Origin: Macrostomum lignano
Lineage: Eukaryota
Direction: 5' to 3'
DNA: 64,000 nucleotides
Assembly (NCBI GenBank): GCA_002269645.1
Contig: NIVC01002235.1
Location: 124,001-188,000 of the forward strand
In this document: positions 1-12,446 of the stretch, in pieces
How the letters are laid out: every line of letters starts with the position of its first letter
How positions within the stretch are numbered: the first letter of the stretch is position 1
The notes under the pieces: model-generated
Databases searched by the model: none
What the model was told of the DNA's origin: nothing
The model's input: the letters and a program-made list of their open reading frames with translations, nothing else
Made by a program: the position numbers and the translations under genes

Positions 1-419
1 GCGCAGATTGTCAAAGTCGCAGCTTTCTGCAGCCTTGTACAGCTGGCTGACCCATGCGTCGATGCTCTGGCCTGGTTGCTGCGTGCAGTTTCGGAAATAC
101 AACTCGTATTTTGAGAACGACACGCACCTGCGGCCTGTAAAGTGGTCCTTGAAAGCCTTGATGAGTTCTTCGACGGTGTTTCCGCTGTTGGTCAGCTGCT
201 TGTATAGCTCAGCCAGCTCCCTCCCGCCTGTGTAGAACAGGACTTGTCTCTGCTGGGCTGGATCCTTGACTCCGGAAGCGTGGATGAAACACACCGCGAC
301 GACCAATCTTCCCACCTTGATGACAGGGCGTGTGCTTCTTGGTTGACGTTGAGTTTCTTTGGTGGAGGCAGTTGCAGTTGAACGACCGTGCCTGTCTGGC
401 CACTGTTTTCAATAGACAT
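1..419 (-). mobile_element. Ty3/gypsy-type gag N-terminus, frameshifted, runs off the window
   Basis: ATG at 419 gives MSIE...PPPKKLNVNQEAHALSSRWEDW. After a frameshift near 300 it continues CFIHASGVKDPAQQRQVLFYTGGRELAELYKQL...LIKAFKDHF...FRNCTQQPGQSIDAWVSQLYKAAESCDFDNLR, the usual gypsy capsid pattern. Confidence 0.75.
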
Positions 420-648
420 AGCTTAGCTTGCGAAACCAGTGAGTGATTGACGCGAGAGCCAGAAGCTTAGCTGAACCAAACGCATACGGCCCCGACTTAA
501 GCATGGGGTACGATTATACGAGCTACGAGCTATATTTGAGCTCAAAGCTCTGTAATTGATTGCTCTAGAGTCAGTGTACATCTACGACGCAATGTTACAC
601 AGGAGTTAAAATCAAGGTGCCGAGAAAGAGGGGGTGTGGAGTACAACA

Positions 649-3250
649 CTCAGTTGCTGGGCCAGCATCCCAGATCCTCAGTTGCTGGGCCAGCATCCCA
701 GATCCTCAGTTGCTGGGCCAGCATTCCAGATCCACAGTTGCTGGGCTAGCCTCCCAGAGGGTCAGTTGCTGGGCCAGCCTCCCAGAGGGTCAGTTGGTGG
801 GCCAGCCTCCCAGATCCTCAGTTGCTGGGCCAGCCTCCCAGAGTGTCAGTTGCTGGGCCAGCATCCCAGAGGGTCAGTTGCTGGGCCAGCCTCCCAGATC
901 CTCAGTTGCTGGGCCAGCCTCCCAGATCCTCAGTTGCTGGGCCAGGCTCCTAGATCCTCAGTTGCTGGGCTAGCCTCCCAGAGTGTCAGTTGCTGGGCCA
1001 GCCTCCCAGATCCTCAGTTGCTGGGCCAGCCTCCCAGAGTGTCAGTTGCTGGGCCAGCTTCCCAGATCCTCAGTTGCTGGGCCAGCCTCCCAGAGTGTCA
1101 GTTGCTGGGACAGCATCCCAGAGGGTCAGTTGCTGGGCCAGCCTCCCAGATCCTCAGTTGCTGGGCCAGCCTCACAGAGTGTCAGTTGCTGGGCCAGCCT
1201 CCCAGAGTGTCAGTTGCTGGGCCAGCCTCCCAGATCCTCAGTTGCTGGGCCAGCCTCACAGATCCTCAGTTGCTGGGCCAGCCTCCCAGATCCTCAGTTG
1301 CTTGGCTAGCCTCCCAGATCCTCAGTTGGTGGGCCAGCCTCCCAGAGTGTCAGTTGCTGGGCCAGCATCCCAGAGGGTCAGTTGCTGGGCCAGCCTCCCA
1401 GATCCTCAGTTGCTGGGCCAGCCTCCCAGATCCCCAGTTGCTGGGCCAGCCTTTTAGATCCTCAGTTGCTGGGCCAGCCTCCCAGATCCTCAGTTGCTGG
1501 GCCAGCCTCCCAGATCCTCAGTTGCTGGGCCAGCCTCTTAGATCCTCGGTTGCTGGGCCAGCCTCCCAGAGGGTCAGTTGCTGGACAAGCCTCCCAGATC
1601 CTCAGTTGCTGGTCCAACCTCCCAGATGCTCAGTTGCTAGGCCAGCCTCCCAGAGGGTCAGTTGCTGGGCCAGCCTCCCAGAGGGTCAGCTGCTGGACAA
1701 GCCTCCCAGATCCTCAGTTGCTGGGCCAGCCTCACAGAGTGTCAGTTGCTGGGCCAGCCTCCCAGATCCTCAGTTGCTGGGCCAGCCTCCCAGATCCTCA
1801 GTTGCTGGGCCAGCCTCCCAGAGGGTCAGTTGCTGGACAAGCCTCCCAGATCCTCAGTTGCTGGGCCAGCCTCACAGAGTGTCAGTTGCTGGGCCAGCCT
1901 CCCAGATCCTCAGTTGCTGGGCCAGCCTCCCAGATCCTCAGTTGCTGGGCCAGCCTCCCAGAGGGTCAGTTGCTGGACAAGCCTCCCAGATCCTCAGTTG
2001 CTGGCCCAGCCTCACAGAGTGTCAGTTGCTGGGCCAGCCTCCCAGATCCTCAGTTGCTGGGCCAGCCTCACAGATCCTCAGTTGCTGGGCCAGCCTCCCA
2101 GATCCTCAGTTGCTTGGCTAGCCTCCCAGATCCTCAGTTGCTGGGCCAGCCTCCTAGATCCTCAGTTGCTGGGCTAGCCTCCCAGAGTGTCAGTTGGTGG
2201 GCCAGCCTCCCAGAGTGTCAGTTGCTGGGCCAGCCTCCCAGATCCTCAGTTGCTGGGCCAGCCTCCCAGATCCTCAGTTGCTGGGCCAGCATCCCAGATC
2301 CACAGTTTCTGCGCCAGCCTCCCAGATCCTCAGTTGCTGGGCCAGCCTCCCAGATCCTCAGTTGCTGGGCCAGCCTCCTAGATCCTCAGTTGCTGGGCCA
2401 GCCTCCCAGATCCTCAGTTGCTGGGCCAGCCTCCCAGATCCACAGTTTCTGCGCCAGCCTCCCAGATCCTCAGTTGCTGGACAAGCCTCCCAGATCCTCA
2501 GTTGCTGGGCCAGCTTCCCAGATCCTCAGTTGCTGGGCCAGCATCCCAGATCCACAGTTTCTGCGCCAGCCTCCCAGATCCTCAGTTGCTGGGCCAGCCT
2601 CCCAGATCCTCAGTTGCTGGGCCAGCCTCCCAGATCCTCAGTTGCTGGGCCAGCCTCCCAGATCCTCAGTTGCTGGGCCAGCATCCCAGATCCACAGTTT
2701 CTGCGCCAGCCTCCCAGATCCTCAGTTGCTGGGCCAGCCTCCCAGAGGGTCAGTTGCTGGACAAGCCTCCCAGATCCTCAGTTGCTGGGCCAGCCTCACA
2801 GAGTGTCAGTTGCTGGGCCAGCCTCCCAGATCCTCAGTTGCTGGGCCAGCCTCCCAGATCCTCAGTTGCTGGGCCAGCCTCCCAGATCCTCAGTTGCTGG
2901 GCCAGCTTCCCAGATCCTCAGTTGCTGGGCCAACATCCCAGATCCACAGTTTCTGCGCCAGCCTCCCAGATCCTCAGTTGCTGGGCCAGCCTCCCAGATC
3001 CTCAGTTGCTGGGCCAGCCTCCCAGAGGGTCAGTTGCTGGACAAGCCTCCCAGATCCTCAGTTGCTGGGCCAGCCTCACAGAGTGTCAGTTGCTGGGCCA
3101 GCCTCCCAGATCCTCAGTTGCTGGGCCAGCCTCCCAGATCCTCAGTTGCTGGGCCAGCCTCCCAGAGTGTCAGTTGGTGGGCCAGCCTCCCAGATCCTCA
3201 GTTGCTGGGCCAGCCTCCCAGATCCTCAGTTGCTGGGCCAGCCCCAGATC
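649..3250. repeat. 28-bp minisatellite (CAGTTGCTGGGCCAGCCTCCCAGATCCT)n
   Basis: Contiguous tandem units with point variants and no spacers. Confidence 0.97.
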
Positions 3251-3592
3251 CCAGATTTGAAAAATTAAGTAAGCCATCATCGGAAAACACTTTTCAGAAT
3301 GCTGGCTAATAGGTCTGATAAAATATTATTCCGTTGGATATTGTGTAAGAATATTCTTTATATAGAAACAGATGGGCAGAAAAAATCGGGTAAAATTATT
3401 ATTATCAGATAGGCTTTCATCTTGCACAGAGAAAAATATAGTTGTTGAATAACATAAAATATCCATGGCACAGGGGTCCCATGAGCCTACAGTCGGATTA
3501 ATATAGTTGATATGATTATAAATGTTAAAAGTGCTCCATGCATAGCCTAGCAAGATTTGGCGATGTCATCTCGAAGAGCTCTTTATTCTCTC

Positions 3593-6500
3593 TCAACGGT
3601 TCGATCGCTTTGAGGCGGCGGAACCGCTGCCTCGGCCGCTGGCAGACTCCAGCTGGTGCTCCGACTCGGCCGCCGCTGCCGCCGGGGGCGTCTCCTCCTC
3701 TCCGGCGCCGCCCCAGCGCTCCAATTCCTGACGAACCATGCGCTCCATCTTCTCCCGTTTCTCAGCCTCGCTGTCGCCCTCGCACTCGCCGATGGAGTCC
3801 AGCAGGCGACTCATCGTCTCGCGACGCTTCAGCTTGGCGCGCTCCATGCTCTCGAGTTTCAGCAGGACAGAGTCGATTCGATTCACGATGCCGCCGATGC
3901 TGTGCTCCATGCGGTCCACCCGGCGGGACAGCGTCGTGAACTCGTCGACGGAGACGCCGCTGCCGCCGCCGCCGCCGCTGTTGCTGCCGCTGGTGTTCGG
4001 TCGGCCGCCTCTGGTGGCGCTGCGCATCGAGCCGCGTAGGCTGACAGCGCCGTCTCTGTCGTCGCCTGCCAGTTCGTCGTTGTCGGCGTCTCCGTCGTCG
4101 GCGCCGACGCCGGCGCTGCCCTGGCGCTGCTGCTCCGCGCGCTCACTTTCGATTTGACTGTTCAGGGCGGCCTGAGGGGTGCGGGCATGCGTGGTGGGGA
4201 GGATTTCTTGATGGTTTTTTTGCCATGTATCCTTCTTTGACCTCTAATTGTTCTGTAATAGCGCGATTCCTAATTCACCGCTTCTTGATTCACCGATTCC
4301 TGATTCAAGGATTCTTGATTCACCGATTCCTGATTCACTGATTTCTGATTCACCGATTCCTGATTCACTGATTTCTGATTCACCGATTTCTGATTCAAGG
4401 ATTCTTGATTCACCGATTCCTGATTCACAGATTCCTGATTCACCGATTCCTGATTCTCCGATTTCTGATTCACCGATTCCTGATTCACAGATTTCTGATT
4501 CACCGATTTCTGATTCACCGATTCCTGATTCACAGATTCCTAATTCACCGATTCCTGATTCACCGATTTCTGATTCACCGATTCCTGATTCACAGATTCC
4601 TGATTCACTGATTTCTGATTCACCGATTCCTGATTCACAGATTCCTGATTCACCGATTCCTGATTCACCGATTTCTGATTCACCGATTCCTGATTCACAG
4701 ATTTCTGATTCACCGATTCCTGATTCACAGATTCCTGATTCACGGATTCCTGATTCACAGATTCCTGATTCACAGATTCCTGATTCACAGATTCCTGATT
4801 CACAGATTCCTGATTCACAGATTCCTGATTCACTGATTTCTTATTCACCGACCCCTGATTCACTAATCCCTGATTCACCGATTTTAAATTTGCCCATTTC
4901 GCTGCCTCACCTTTTGTCCCTCGAGCTCCCACTGCATCTTGCGCTGCTCGTCTTCGTCCAGCACCCTATCGCCGTCCATGTCGTACCGGGCAAACAGGGC
5001 CTCAATTTCGCCGTCAGCGTAGCCTCGCCTTCAATTGTGATTGGCGGTTCGGAGGCCAAAAGTAAACGCACAATTTTTTGAGGCAAGCGATGTTTGTAAG
5101 AAGAGTGTCAGCTAGGGGTTAGTTGCTTAGAAAGACGTTTTCATCAAGATACTCGTATTATTTTTGAGAACACCGTAGATGATATTGTCAGTAGAGGATG
5201 TTGTCAGTAGGGGATATTGTCAGTAGGGGATATTGTCAGTAGGGGATGTTGTCAGTAGAGAATATTGTCAGTAGGGGATATTGTCAGTAGGGGATATTGT
5301 CAGTAGGGGATATTGTCAGTAGGGGATATTGTCAGTAGTAGGGGATGTTGTCCGTAGAGGATGTTGTCAGTAGGGGATATTGTCAGTAGGGGATATTGTC
5401 AGTAGGGGATGTTGTCAGTAGGGGATGTTGTCAGTAGGGGATATTGTCAGTAGGGGATATTGTCAGTAGGGGATATTGTCAGTAGAGAATATTGTCAGTA
5501 GGGGATATTGTCAGTAGGGGATATTGTCAGTAGGGGATATTGTCAGTAGGGGATATTGTCAGTAGGGGATGTTGTCAGTAGGGGATGTTGTCCGTAGAGG
5601 ATGTTGTCAGTAGGGGATATTGTCAGTAGGGGATATTGTCCGTAGAGGATGTTGTCAGTAGGGGTTATTGTCAGTAGGGGAATATTGTCAGTAGGGGATA
5701 TTGTCAGTAGGGGATATTGTCAGTAGGGGATATTGTCAGTAGGGGATATTGTCAGTAGGTATTAGTGTCGGGAAATATGCTGTCAGATTGGCCAGCAGGT
5801 CCCCAACTGGCTCAAACTCACATCTTCAATTCGGTTCGCCACTCCTCAAAGTCCAGCTGCCTGTCGTTGTTCATGTCAGCAGATTGCATCGCCCGTTGAA
5901 TGTCGACGATTTTGTCGCGTCGCAGGTGCAGCTTGTCGAGTACACGGCCGGCTCGCTAGGAAAGAGAAGGGGCGGTTTGAATCAGGAATTAATAAAATAT
6001 TCGTATAGCCGACTTAAGCTGAATCTAAATTCCCTGAAATTAATTATGTATTCTCTCCATTGCTTGAGTTTGGCGTTGCTATGGCGACGAGCAAAGTGTT
6101 GCGACACAACATCTAAAACTGGGCTGAACATCTTGTACTATAGAAGCTTAAAGAGCGCACGTGATGCGCTATGTGTTTAATTTTTAATAACATTAAATGC
6201 GAGAGTTCTATTGAAAAGAATGTTAAAATTGATTTCAAGGATGAGTTCTCACAGACCTACATTGAAGCACACCTTGTGCTCCAGTTTGGCACCTCATGGT
6301 TCTCTTTTGGCGCATCTCACAGGTCCGTTTTGGCACACCTTACAGATCCATTTGGGCACATCTTACAGATCCATTTGGACACATCTTACGGATCCATTTG
6401 GGCACACCTTACAGTTCCATTTGGGCACACCTTACAGATCCATTTGGGCACATCTTACAGATCCATTTGGACACATCTTACGGATCCATTTGGGCACACC

Positions 6501-9500
6501 TTACAGTTCCATTTGGGCACACCTTACAGATCCATTTGGGCACATCTTACGGATCCATTTGGGCACACCTTACAGATCCATTTGGGCACATCTTACAGAT
6601 CCATTTGGGCACATCTTACGGATCCATTTGGGCACACCTCACAGATCCATTTGGGCACACCTCACAGATCCATTTGGCACAGCAATTTGTCAAGGTTGCA
6701 GTGTTCCTTAATGTGCACGAATCACTGAATATTAACGATTATAGTATAGTCAATTTTAACTGTCTTCTTTCCAGACAATTTTGAATCTTTTGGCGAAAAC
6801 GCGATCAAAATTGGTCAAGAATTGCAATCTCTAGAGCGTTATGGACAAACATACAAACCTTAGAGATTTAGTATATTTGGATTGGATAAAACCCTACCTG
6901 CTTAAAATAGTCGGTCATCTCGAAGTCGTTCGGTTGATTAGCCAGGTTGCTCTTCACCTCGCTGTACGTGTCGTTAATGATCGCCAGGAACATGTTGATC
7001 AGCACGAAAAACACGAAGAACACGTACAGGATGAAGTAGATTGGGCCCAGCACTCGGTGCGCGTTCTGCAGACTGGCGAAGTCAAAATCGCCCAGAATGA
7101 TGCGGAACAGCGTGAAAATGGCCTGCTGAAATTCTCTGAAGTCTTCAACTTTGGTGCCAAAGATCAGGTAGCCCAGCTGGGCGAAGGCGAAGAATACAAT
7201 GAAGAACATCACGGCGAAGCCCAGTAAGTCTTTAGCGCAGGCGCCCAGAGTTGAACTCAACTGCGTCATGGTCTTATTAAAGCTGATGTACTTGAAGATC
7301 TTCACCCAGGCGAAGAACACCGTGATAGCGATGGCCTGGTTAAACTGTTCCTGCCAAAAGCTGAGGAAGTCGAAGTCCGGATATTGAGTCTCGTCCTCCA
7401 GTAGTCTGGTGAGCTTGTTCCCAACGCTGATGGTTCGGTAGATATTGAAGGCGGCGCAGACCAGGGCAATTACAATCACGACAATGTCAAGCCAGTTCCA
7501 GAACGAGCTGAAATAAGCCAGCTTGTGCCGCTTGATCTCGATGATCTCTTCCACAATGTAGTAGCAGATGAACAGCATGAAGATGCACTCGCAGGCCAGT
7601 ACGAAATAGTCGATAGGTTCAACGTAGCGCAGAAGCTTTACAGTGCGAAACTCCCAAGAGGTGAAGCCGCCGCCAGTTGCCGGGAATTCAGCTATCAATT
7701 TGATCACGCAGAACAGGTTAATGTTAGCGTTGTACACTGTGAAGTCAATGAACACAGCCCTGGTAGCTCTGTCAATCCATAGGCCATGGAAGAGTTCATC
7801 AATTTTAGCAGTGGATTCTTCGCGGCTCCGGCCCAGATCGATGTAATATCCGCCGCCGTTGTACGTGGCGAGCTTGCCGGAGTAGCCGCGACCGTCTAGC
7901 TGTTGTTCGGTGCTGTAATTCCAAGCCGTCGAGTTCATGTAGCCGAACGGTTCGCGGCTCTCGGCGCTGCGGCTGTACATGGCGTAGCAGGCGCGGATGT
8001 TGGCGCGAAAATCTGTCGCGATCGAGCAGCTGTCGTTGCGGACTCGAACCTGGCGGACAGATTGCCATTTTTTGGGCAGCGTTAATAACTATCTATAATG
8101 TTTCTAATTTGTAATTTATAAAATGAGAATAATTTATTACGCCTGGCCTAATTTGACCAGATGTGCAACCGACAGCTCAGCCGCAGCTATTGCGTGGCGC
8201 ATCTGAAGGCTGCGTACGGCTGTTCAGTCCAAGGACTGGGGAGTCGCCACACGCAGCCTCAATTACCCCAGCTAATGCTGGCACCCATTTTACAGCTGGG
8301 TGAACTGAAGCAATGCAGAGTTCAGTGTCTTGCTCAAGGACACGAATTGTTCCGAGTGGGTCGAGACTCGAACTCCCGACCTTTCAGTAGTGAGTCCGAC
8401 ATCCGAACCACTAGGCTACATCCCTTACAACACAACCCTTTTAGCACACGTCCGCGCATAAATAAGGAAACTTGCTGCTCTGTTTTTAACTTATTTTATT
8501 GTTTTCCTTACTGATTTCACCAAAACCTAAGCGTCCACCATGAATAGGACTGTCAAGGGGGGCATGGCGTAGCCCAGTGGTCAAGCACGGCGCTCTGATG
8601 AGCCAGCGGCCCAGGCGTGATTCCAAGTGCAGTCACATTGACTTGGGGCTAAACTGGAATCTCGGCTTGGCTCTGCTCGTGCAATTAACGTCCTTGAGGG
8701 CCAACCCCCAAGGCACAGTGAAGTGTACATGCCTAACGATAAATAAAGTTAGGGCCGCTGTACACTCCTGTGTGTGTGTCTGTGGGTATGACTGCGTACG
8801 TATCCGCGGCAGTAATGCCTCTCGCTGGTTGTGAGACAATGTCGCTTAAAGTGCGCCAGGGTGCATTCCCGTTTGATCCATTGCCTCTCAGCAACTCCCG
8901 CTTAACCCTGTCATCTCTCAAAATTCCACATTGATTGATCAATCAAAATCAACAGCCAATTACCTGTCGCATCCTTGGCACGCCGAGCAGTTTGTTCTCA
9001 TAGTAGATGAAATTTCGCTCTCTCGGATCGGTCACATTGGCATTGTTATACCAGGTGTCCCAGTACAGGCCGGAGATCAGGGGGCCTTGGGCGAACTGAG
9101 GGTTTAATCGGGAAAAATATCATGCCTTGGGTATTTTTCATTTTTATTACTGTCATAGCGGTGTGCCAGGAAGCCGATCGCTCACCCCCCACCAGTCCGC
9201 GAAGTTCTTCACCGACGTAAAAGTGGCACCGCTGGCGGTTGGCGTGGTCAGGAACAGCGAGTTCATCACGAACGTGTAATAGTACATTGTTGACGAGGTC
9301 ATGCCGAAGGTCACTGGAATTATAAGTAGTTAATTTTACTTACTGAATTTTCCCTTGTTACACACTAAAAATGACTGTCACTGATTTGACTGTCACTGAT
9401 TTGACTGTCACTGATTTGACTGTCACTGATTTGACTGTCACTGATTTGACTGTCACTGATTGGACTGTCACTGATTTGACTGTCACTGATTTGACTGTCA

Positions 9501-12446
9501 CTGATTTGACTGTCACTGATTTGACTGTCACTGTTTTGACTATCCCTGACTGTCACTGTTTTGACTATCACTGTTTTGACTGTCACTGTTTTGACTATCA
9601 CTGTTTTGACTGTCACTGTTTTGACTATCACTGTTTTAACTGTCACTGATTTGACTGTCACTGTTATGACTGTCACTGTTTTGACTGTCACTGTTTTGAC
9701 TATCACTGTTTTGACTGTCACTGTTTTGACTGTCACTGATTTGACTGTCACTGTTTTGACTGTCACTGCTTGACTGTCACTGCTTGACTGTCACTGCTTG
9801 ACTGTCACTGCTTGACTGTCACTGCTTGACTGTCACTGCTTGACTGTCACTGCTTGACTGTCACTGCTTGACTGTCACTATTTTGGCTGCCATGGATCAA
9901 TCTCTGGCCCCAACCTAAACTTCAATCAGGCCCCAACCCTAATTACCCTAACCCTAAACTTACTGTGCTCTATGCAGTGCCCCATACAATTTGAATTTAT
10001 AAGTACGTAAATTCGATAATAAGTCAGTGAAAGTGACGTACAGATCATTAGCACTATCAGGAACAGGCAGTACACGATGAGCTCTCTCAGGGTGGTCTTG
10101 ATGTACAGCTCTCGGTTCTCGCGAGTATCCATGGTGTAATTGGTGCGCCACACAACTGCATTTTGTGAAATGGTGATTTTGTGAGCATCGTACAGGAAGT
10201 GTGATTTTCACAGGAAAGCAGAGGTGTAAAATTAAACTACACGTTTATAATAGCCGTGATTTAAATAAAAGAAACAAATAAAGTTGTTTAAATTTAGGCA
10301 TTATTACGAATGCAGATGACCACCAAGAATAGGCAGTACATGACCAGCTCGCGCAGAGTGGTCTTGATTTTCAACTCAGCGTTCTGCGACACATCCTCCG
10401 TGTCCTTTGTCATCCAGACGGCTGAGTGAGTCGATTTTAGATAAATGATATAGTCTTGGTTACCAGGAGCCTAGCCAGGGGAGTGGCTAGATGGGGTCGC
10501 CACCCTCACACCCCCTGACCCCCCTGTTCAAAGTTTTAACAGTTTTCCAACAGCTCCTTTGGCGCCATCGGTGCCCGTTTGGTGTCGGTGTGCCGTTTGA
10601 TGTCGGTGTGCCGTTTCATGTCGGTGTGCCGTTTGATGTCGTTGTTCCATTTGGTGTCGGTGTGCCGTTTCATGTCGGTGTGCCATTTGATGTCGTTGTT
10701 CCATTTGGTGTCGGTGTGCCGCTTCATGTCGGTGTGCCGTTTGATGTCGGTGTGCCGTTTATTGTCGGTGTGCCGTTTATTGTCGGTGTGCCGTTTCATG
10801 TCGGTGTCCCGTTTCATATCGGTGTCCCGTTTCATGTCGGTATCCCGTTTGATTTCGGTGTGCCATTTAGTGTCAGTGTGCCTTTTGGTGTCGGTGTGCC
10901 GTTTGGTGTCGGTGTGCCGTTTGGTGTCGGTGTGCCGTTTGGTGTCGGTGTGCCGTTTGGTGTCGGTGTGCCGTTTGGTGTCGGTGTGCCGTTTGGTGTC
11001 GGTGTGCCGTTTGGTGTCGGTGTGCCGTTTGGTGTCGGTGTGCCGTTTATTGTCGGTGTGCCATTTAGTGTCAGTATCTGTCCATCTGGGTCCTTTGAAA
11101 CTTTACAATAATATAGCGATCCAGTCTGCTCAAGGTTTGGATCTCTTCTCAAATCTTTTTCTTCTCTCCTCTTGTCTCCACTCTTCTCCTTTATTCCCTT
11201 TCCTCTCATCTTTTCTCCAATCTCTCTTCTCTCCCCTCTCCCCTTCTATGGCCCAGAGTCATGCGTTCATCGGTTCTCCCGGGCAAATGGGGGCAAATGG
11301 GGGCAAATGGGGGCGTCGAGTGTACAAGCCGTTGAAAAAAACTTACCGCGCACGCCTCTCTTAAACTTTCCCCAGCATCCGGTAGCCTCATCATCGGTGC
11401 CATTATTAGCCGGCATGATGGCCGCCTGGCTGCCAAAGTTCGACGAGTTCTCCAGCTGGTCGGCTGTGGCAGAAGTTGTCGGATTGTCGGCGTTGGCTTC
11501 CCAGGCCTGAATGGAACGATGAGGATTAGGGTAGAAAGTTAGCCTGAAATCGTGTTAGTTGAATGTAGGGCGCAGTTTCTGCGAAAGCAACTCCCTCTTG
11601 AGCCGTGTCTTTAACCCTAGCTCTCCCCTTGATTCTTAGCATCTCAGTATGAAGGGATTGTAGCCTGTTGGTTAGAGCGCAGGACTCACGACTTGAAGGT
11701 CGGGGGTTCGATTCTCGACTCAATCGGAACAATTTGTGTCTTTGAGCAAGACACTTAACTCTGCATTGCTTCAGTTCACCCAGATGTAAAATGGGTGCCA
11801 GCATTGGCTGGGGTAATTGAGGGTGTGTGTGGCGACCCCCCCCAGTCCTTGGACTGAACAGCCGTACGCAGCCTTCAGGTGCGCCGCGCAATAGCTGCGG
11901 CTGAGCTGTCGGTTGCACATCTGGCCATTAGTCGTAGTCGTCATGTCGCACAGTCGGCGATAGGCATTACTGCCCATTCCGCCGACTCCCCTGAGCAGGC
12001 ACACACTCACACAGGAGTGTACAGCGGCCCTAACTTTATTTATCGTTAGGCATGTACACTTCACTGTGCCTTGGGGGTTGGCCCTCAGTGGTGTTAATTG
12101 CACGAGCAGAGCCAAGCTGAGATTCCAATTTAGACCCAAATTGATGTGACTGCACTTGGAATCGATCCTGGGCCGCTGGCACATCGATCAGAGCGCCGCG
12201 ATGGACCACTGGTGGGTTACGGCCCTACCGTCTTAGCTCCTTTGTACGGAACTATACAGTGGTCATGACGGTTCTCACCTGACTGCCGCCAAGTTGACCA
12301 CGCGACTGGGCCGACCCAGCCCTTACAACGTCGTCGTCGTGGACGGTGCGACGCGATTTGGCGCTTGACGCCTGCGGCTGCGTCTGCTGCTGCTCGGCTC
12401 CGCTAGCAGATTTTCGACTCCTAGCGCTGGCTGGTCTCGACGCCAT
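3593..12446 (-). CDS. PKD2: Polycystin-2 (TRPP/PKD2 family) cation channel, about 894 aa
   Basis: Exons 12446-12279, 11506-11347, [10421-10308 or 10155-10042], 9313-9186, 9095-8964, 8049-6898, 5955-5822, 5028-4911, 4171-3593. All GT-AG and phase-consistent; total 2685 nt with one alternative exon. Motifs: [29 protein letters not shown], pore [33 protein letters not shown], two EF-hands, coiled coil [29 protein letters not shown]2 versus PKD2L orthology cannot be settled by eye. Confidence 0.93.
4262..4882. repeat. 15-bp minisatellite (GATTCCTGATTCACC)n in a PKD2 intron
   Basis: Tandem units visible directly. Confidence 0.95.
5180..5760. repeat. 16-bp minisatellite (GATATTGTCAGTAGGG)n
   Basis: Tandem units visible directly. 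Confidence 0.95.
6325..6680. repeat. 23-bp minisatellite (CACACCTTACAGATCCATTTGGG)n
   Basis: Tandem units visible directly. Confidence 0.93.
8160..8420 (-). mobile_element. tRNA-derived SINE family A with CORE/Meta-like central domain
   Basis: Reverse complement of the 11655-11935 copy. A/B-box head followed by GTGTCCTTGAGCAAGACACTGAACTCTGCATTGCTTCAGTTCACCCAGCTGTAAAATGGG. Confidence 0.8.
8566..8875 (+). mobile_element. tRNA-derived SINE family B
   Basis: A-box-like GTAGCCCAGTGGTCAAGC and degenerate B box; homologous copies at 11945-12215, 19180-19490 and a split copy at 40180/45704. Confidence 0.75.
9371..9880. repeat. 15/14-bp minisatellite (TGACTGTCACTGATT / TGACTGTCACTGCT)n
   Basis: Tandem units visible directly. 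Confidence 0.95.
10042..10155 (-). CDS. PKD2: PKD2 alternative exon 3B (114 nt)
   Basis: tgcag|TTGTG...GATCT|gtacgt; encodes [38 protein letters not shown]; phase 1 to phase 1. Confidence 0.88.
10308..10421 (-). CDS. PKD2: PKD2 alternative exon 3A (114 nt)
   Basis: ctcactcag|CCGTC...ATTC|gtaat; encodes [38 protein letters not shown]; phase 1 to phase 1. Confidence 0.85.
10565..11075. repeat. 18-bp minisatellite (GGTGTCGGTGTGCCGTTT)n
   Basis: Tandem units visible directly. Confidence 0.95.
11655..11935 (+). mobile_element. tRNA-derived SINE family A, near full length
   Basis: TAGCCTGTTGGTTAGAGCG (A box) ... GGTTCGATTCTC (B box), then TGTGTCTTTGAGCAAGACACTTAACTCTGCATTGCTTCAGTTCACCCAGATGTAAAATGGG, which resembles the CORE/Meta SINE domain. 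Confidence 0.82.
11945..12215 (-). mobile_element. SINE family B copy
   Basis: Reverse complement of 8566-8875. Confidence 0.75.

Noticed and set aside
575-650. LTR end and PBS for the gypsy element (TGTAACA followed by TTGCGTCGTAG on minus)
   Set aside because: The PBS lacks the canonical TGG and the putative LTR is cut by the minisatellite; no second LTR in the window.
617-3309. Long ORFs (up to 628 aa) and a CRISPR-like palindromic 28-bp repeat
   Set aside because: The ORFs are stop-free translations of a minisatellite in several frames. Units are contiguous with no spacers, no cas genes are present, and the context is eukaryotic.
8580-8600. CTGATGAG, resembling a hammerhead ribozyme core
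   Set aside because: Lies in the tRNA-like head of SINE-B; no matching GAAA and stem arrangement seen.
9925-9960. Telomere-like CCCTAA motifs
   Set aside because: Only two or three degenerate units, not an interstitial telomeric array.
11655-11725. Possible tRNA gene
   Set aside because: A/B boxes run directly into a repeated SINE body and the acceptor stem is not intact.
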